A stretch of 27,197 nt of DNA. Source: an uncultured Archangium sp. (GTDB taxonomy: Bacteria > Myxococcota > Myxococcia > Myxococcales > Myxococcaceae). The notes beneath the pieces were generated by a model. It saw nothing but the letters and a program-made list of their open reading frames with translations, made no database searches and was not told where the DNA came from. The stretch covers positions 1 through 27,197 of the forward strand of contig CAIOWM010000156.1 of the NCBI GenBank assembly GCA_903861945.1, written 5' to 3'. Shown here piece after piece: positions 24,228-27,197 of the stretch. Each line of letters begins with the position of its first letter. Positions within the stretch are counted from its first letter, which is position 1. The translations under genes and the position numbers were made by a program.

Positions 24228-25355
24228 ATGGCTCGCTGGCTGACCACCACGCTGTGCACCGCGGCGCTGCTCTCCTGTCATCCGATGCGCGCGGCCCTCG
24301 ACCGGGGGGCGCTCACCGAGGCCTGCTTCACAGGCTACGACGCGAAGGTGCCCACGGCCGATCCCGACCGCGACCGGCTCCACGCGCTGCTCATGGCGCA
24401 GACGCAGGTCGAATGGCGCATCGAGCGCGTGTCCCTCGTGGACCTGTTGCCGCCGGACGCGGTGGCCGTCGCGGTGGGCATGGATGAACTCCGCAAGCAG
24501 GTCACCTACCGCCTGACCTACGAGGCCCGGGGGCTGCCTGCGGGCGCGACCCTGGCCCTGCAACCGCCCACCCTCCTCACCTCGACGGAGTCGGCGAGCT
24601 TCACGCCCCTGTTCAACTTCGGCGATACGGACGTCGCGCGGGAGGCCCGCTGGATGCTGCGTGAGCCGTCGGCGCCGAGCTACGAGCGGGTGCCGGCCCA
24701 GTACCTGCCCCGCGAGTTCGTCGAAGAAACGGAGCCAGGGAAGTGGGTCTACCGGGGCGGCGTGGATCCCGCGCAGCTGGCCATCGCGATGTTGACCGGT
24801 GGCCTGAGCGCGATCCTCCGCGGTGGAGACCTGGGGCAGGAGAAGGACTGGGCCCCGCTCTCGCCCTCGGAGAAGGCCGCCTGGAAGAAGCGGCAGGCCT
24901 CGCAGCACAAGGCCCTGGACCGTGAAGAGGGCGCCCGTCTCGCCGAGAGCCGCAAGGTCATCGAGGCCGTGCTCGCGCGCAACCAGGTGACGAAGGCGCA
25001 CTTCGAGCAACAACAGACGGCCTACGTCACCCTCCTCGCGGCGCTGACCGAACTGTTCCGGGCCGACCGCTGCCTCCAGTCGACGATCTCCTCGCGGCTG
25101 CAGGCCGGTCGCCGCTGCACCCTCTTCGCCCGCGAGTCGAGCAACAACCCCTCGTGGGCGGACAGGAGGCTGAAGAAGGGGGTGCTCACGCTCAGGGGCG
25201 AGCTGCGCCTGGGCGACGTGAGCTACGCCTGCCCGTGGGACTTCAAAGAGGAGATCCCCCTCGAAGGCGAGGAGACGATGGCCCAGGTCTCGGCGCGGCT
25301 GTTCTCCGCGGGACCGCGGCGCCTCGTGCCGGTGCGCACCACGTACTTCGAGTGA
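24228..25355 (+). CDS. Hypothetical lipoprotein, 375 aa, with no recognisable domain
   Basis: MARWLTTTLCTAALLSCHP carries a lipobox (L-L-S-C). GC3 is high throughout. The listed ORF 24144..25355 is trimmed to the ATG at 24228. Confidence 0.55.
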   Translation: MARWLTTTLCTAALLSCHPMRAALDRGALTEACFTGYDAKVPTADPDRDRLHALLMAQTQVEWRIERVSLVDLLPPDAVAVAVGMDELRKQVTYRLTYEARGLPAGATLALQPPTLLTSTESASFTPLFNFGDTDVAREARWMLREPSAPSYERVPAQYLPREFVEETEPGKWVYRGGVDPAQLAIAMLTGGLSAILRGGDLGQEKDWAPLSPSEKAAWKKRQASQHKALDREEGARLAESRKVIEAVLARNQVTKAHFEQQQTAYVTLLAALTELFRADRCLQSTISSRLQAGRRCTLFARESSNNPSWADRRLKKGVLTLRGELRLGDVSYACPWDFKEEIPLEGEETMAQVSARLFSAGPRRLVPVRTTYFE

Positions 25356-25357
25356 CC

Positions 25358-25933
25358 ATGGCCCCGCCTCGCGAGCCGTGCTCTGCAGGGTCGATGCAAG
25401 TCCTTCGCGGGGTGTTGAGCTGCTGGGCGCTGGGGTGCGGCCTGGTGCCTTCGGTGCCCGACGCCGCGGTGCCCCCGTCGGACGGCGGCGCGACGGGCTG
25501 CCCGCTCGAGGCCGCGCTGATCACCCCCGACGCGATGGCGTTGCAGGGCATCGAGCTGGGGCGGCGCACGGTCACCGTGCTCGGCGTGACGCGGGAGCTC
25601 GTCTTGCTGCGCCTGCCGACGGCCGATGGGAAGTCCACCTTCGCGGTGTGGGCACCTCCGTTGCCGGGCGCAGGGGTGCAACCGGCGGTGTTGCCCACGC
25701 AGCCCTACGACGGCATCGACTGGTCGGGGGAAGCGGTCGACGCGCGGTGGGCGAGCGCGTGCGCGACGGGGGCTTGCCTGCGCTCCGACACCGATGGACC
25801 GGGTGGTGGCCCCGCCGCGGGCGTCATCGGCTACGCGCTGCTGTCCCCCGAGACGTGGGCCCAGCAAGCGGGCGTGACCGTCGCCCCGGAGGCCGCGCAG
25901 CAGTACCTGCTGACGATGGGCCTGCCTCCCTGA
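25358..25933 (+). CDS. Hypothetical protein, 191 aa. It is probably exported, and it is translationally coupled to the upstream gene.
   Basis: Its ATG lies 2 nt after the upstream TGA (25353..25355). An alternative start is the ATG at 25394 (MQVLRGVLSCWALGCG, signal-like). GC3 is high from about 25400 onward. I recognise no domain. Confidence 0.45.
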   Translation: MAPPREPCSAGSMQVLRGVLSCWALGCGLVPSVPDAAVPPSDGGATGCPLEAALITPDAMALQGIELGRRTVTVLGVTRELVLLRLPTADGKSTFAVWAPPLPGAGVQPAVLPTQPYDGIDWSGEAVDARWASACATGACLRSDTDGPGGGPAAGVIGYALLSPETWAQQAGVTVAPEAAQQYLLTMGLPP

Positions 25934-26030
25934 GGGGAAAGCCCGGGCGAGGAAGCGAACAGCTGGACCCGGGGCTGGCCGGACCTCGAGCGCTCGACGC
26001 CGTGCCCAAACCCGCTAGAAGCCAGCGCCC

Positions 26031-26651
26031 ATGAGCTACGACAAGGAACTGCTGCAGGGGTTCGTCAACGCCATCGGCGGCCACGGCGTCACCGGCGTGA
26101 AGCGCCTCGCGGTCACGAGCTGCGAAGCGCCCGGCGCGCCGCCGCACAACATCCACGCCTTCTACCGGTTGTTCGGCACCGACGAGCGCCGCGAGGCAGA
26201 TGGCCTCTTCGTCATCACCACGGGCCTCGGCCTGCAGCCGCTCGGCTCGGCCGTCGAGCACAGCCTCTCGCGCTTCGAGCTCTTCACCTGGGTCGACACG
26301 CTCGAGCTGGCGGGGAGCGACGTGCTGGTCGGGCTCTCGGCGCTGGGCCGCCTGCTCCACGCGCAGGCCACGCCGGACAGCGCGCCGTGGTTCCTCGGGC
26401 ACACCCTGTCGTTCGCCCCGGGCGATGGCCTCGGCGGGTGGGACTCGTTTCTCTTCGCGCGCCACGGCCGGTCCGTCGAGACCAGCGTCGGCCCGGTGGA
26501 CCTCGCGCGCGTGATGCCGCTCACGCCGGCCGAGCGGCAGCGCACGCGCGAGCAGGAGACCATGCTCGACGGCGCTGCCCTGGTGGTCGAGCTCGAGAAC
26601 CGCGACTACCGCGGCACGCTCGCGCGCTGGCACACGCCGCCGGCGCGCTGA
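26031..26651 (+). CDS. SUFU-like (suppressor-of-fused) domain protein, 206 aa
   Basis: Its motifs align to SUFU-family landmarks. HNIHAFYRLFGTD...GLFVITTGLGLQPL matches H.YVS.GLS.L. SRFELFTWVD matches GFELTFRL. GPVDLARVMPLTPAERQRTREQ matches G.V.FLQIVG.T.EEL. GC3 is high. Confidence 0.65.
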   Translation: MSYDKELLQGFVNAIGGHGVTGVKRLAVTSCEAPGAPPHNIHAFYRLFGTDERREADGLFVITTGLGLQPLGSAVEHSLSRFELFTWVDTLELAGSDVLVGLSALGRLLHAQATPDSAPWFLGHTLSFAPGDGLGGWDSFLFARHGRSVETSVGPVDLARVMPLTPAERQRTREQETMLDGAALVVELENRDYRGTLARWHTPPAR

Positions 26652-26820
26652 GGCTCGTGACGAACCCGCGGTGACGTGGAGCGGGGCGCCGACGACGCTC
26701 GACGCTGATGCTGGGGCCGGCCCGTGGACCTCGTCGAACGCCGGTCCTCGATGGTGAAGCCCGCGGCGTTGCAGCGAGGTCGTCCCCTCCGAAGAAGACC
26801 CGGCTGGTACGGTGCCGCGC

Positions 26821-27197
26821 ATGGTCTTCGTGCAGCGGTCGCGTGGGTTCATCGCCGTGGCGCTGCTCGCGCTCGGGTCGGTCGCGGCCTGCACGGTGCG
26901 CGCGGTGTCGATGCCCGGCACCTCCTACGCGGGGCCCGAGGCGCAGCCTGACCCGGCCCTCGTCGCGAGGTTGAACGCCGACGTGACCCAGCTCGCGGCC
27001 GGCTTCGGTGAGCGCAACGTGACCAATCAACCGGCGGCGCTCGAGCAGACCGCGGCGTGGCTCCGCACCCGGCTCGAGGGCCTGGGTTACGTGGTGCAGG
27101 AAGAGCCCATCAAGGTCGGCGAGCGCACCACGAAGAACCTCATCGTCGAGCGACGCGGCCGCGGCCTCGCCACGCAGTTGGTGTTGGTGGGTGCGCA
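26821..27197 (+). CDS. M28-family peptidase (aminopeptidase-like) lipoprotein, N-terminal fragment; the 3' end runs off the window
   Basis: MVFVQRSRGFIAVALLALGSVAAC has a lipobox (V-A-A-C). LVARLNADVTQLAAGFGERNVTNQPAALEQTAAWLRTRLEGLGYVVQEEPIKVGERTTKNLIVERRG is the typical M28 N-terminal block. The frame is open to the window end, so the ORF track did not list it. Confidence 0.6.
   Translation, partial: MVFVQRSRGFIAVALLALGSVAACTVRAVSMPGTSYAGPEAQPDPALVARLNADVTQLAAGFGERNVTNQPAALEQTAAWLRTRLEGLGYVVQEEPIKVGERTTKNLIVERRGRGLATQLVLVGA

Noticed and set aside
22413-25013. 866-aa minus-strand ORF opposite the MYXO-CTERM, LRR and lipoprotein genes
   Set aside because: The protein is Arg-rich and junk-like. 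The plus-strand genes have signal peptides, repeat architecture and high GC3. It is a shadow ORF. The same reasoning rejects 4365..5837(-), 12816..14222(+), 15440..16966(+), 15669..17591(+), 16288..17682(+), 2550..3260(-), 2687..3754(-), 3004..4323(-), 10105..10998(-) and the many 60-to-250-aa ORFs nested in real genes.

Overview
This 27.2 kb window is very GC-rich (about 70% or more, with GC3 near 90% in coding frames). It is almost certainly from a myxobacterium (Myxococcota): three proteins end in a MYXO-CTERM sorting signal, and there is a TIGR02996 'repeat-companion' protein, both hallmarks of that group. I call about 26 protein-coding genes and no rRNA, tRNA, CRISPR array, transposase or integrase. 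Most long ORFs in the six-frame track are Arg/Gly/Ala-rich shadow ORFs opposite real genes, the usual artefact of high GC, and I reject them.

The window is dominated by an accessory secreted and cell-surface proteome:
- three different families of extremely Cys-rich tandem-repeat proteins, at 2807..4579, 7513..10926 and 15597..17597 (-), each with periodicity visible at the DNA level;
- a lysophospholipid acyltransferase, lipoproteins, an OmpA-family protein, a DUF2171 protein and a small radical-SAM enzyme;
- a DUF559/AbiEi-like protein;
- a class III nucleotidyl cyclase followed by a tandem S1-domain protein;
- a LysR regulator divergent from a four-gene minus-strand block: a DoxX-like membrane protein, a PL6-like beta-helix protein with MYXO-CTERM, an SGNH/GDSL esterase with a PPC domain, and a Cys-rich repeat protein;
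- a seven-gene plus-strand block running from the LysR gene to the window end: LysR, a MYXO-CTERM protein, an LRR-like lipoprotein, two unknowns, a SUFU-like (suppressor-of-fused) domain protein and a 3'-truncated M28 peptidase.

The candidates I rate highest for an undescribed system are:
- the LysR-controlled secreted-enzyme cluster;
- the SUFU-like protein in its operon context, since SUFU-like domains are known immunity proteins of polymorphic toxin systems;
- the 1137-aa protein that fuses ephrin-receptor-like Cys repeats to an RCC1 propeller.

Every domain assignment comes from motifs I read in the translations. None has been confirmed by a database search.
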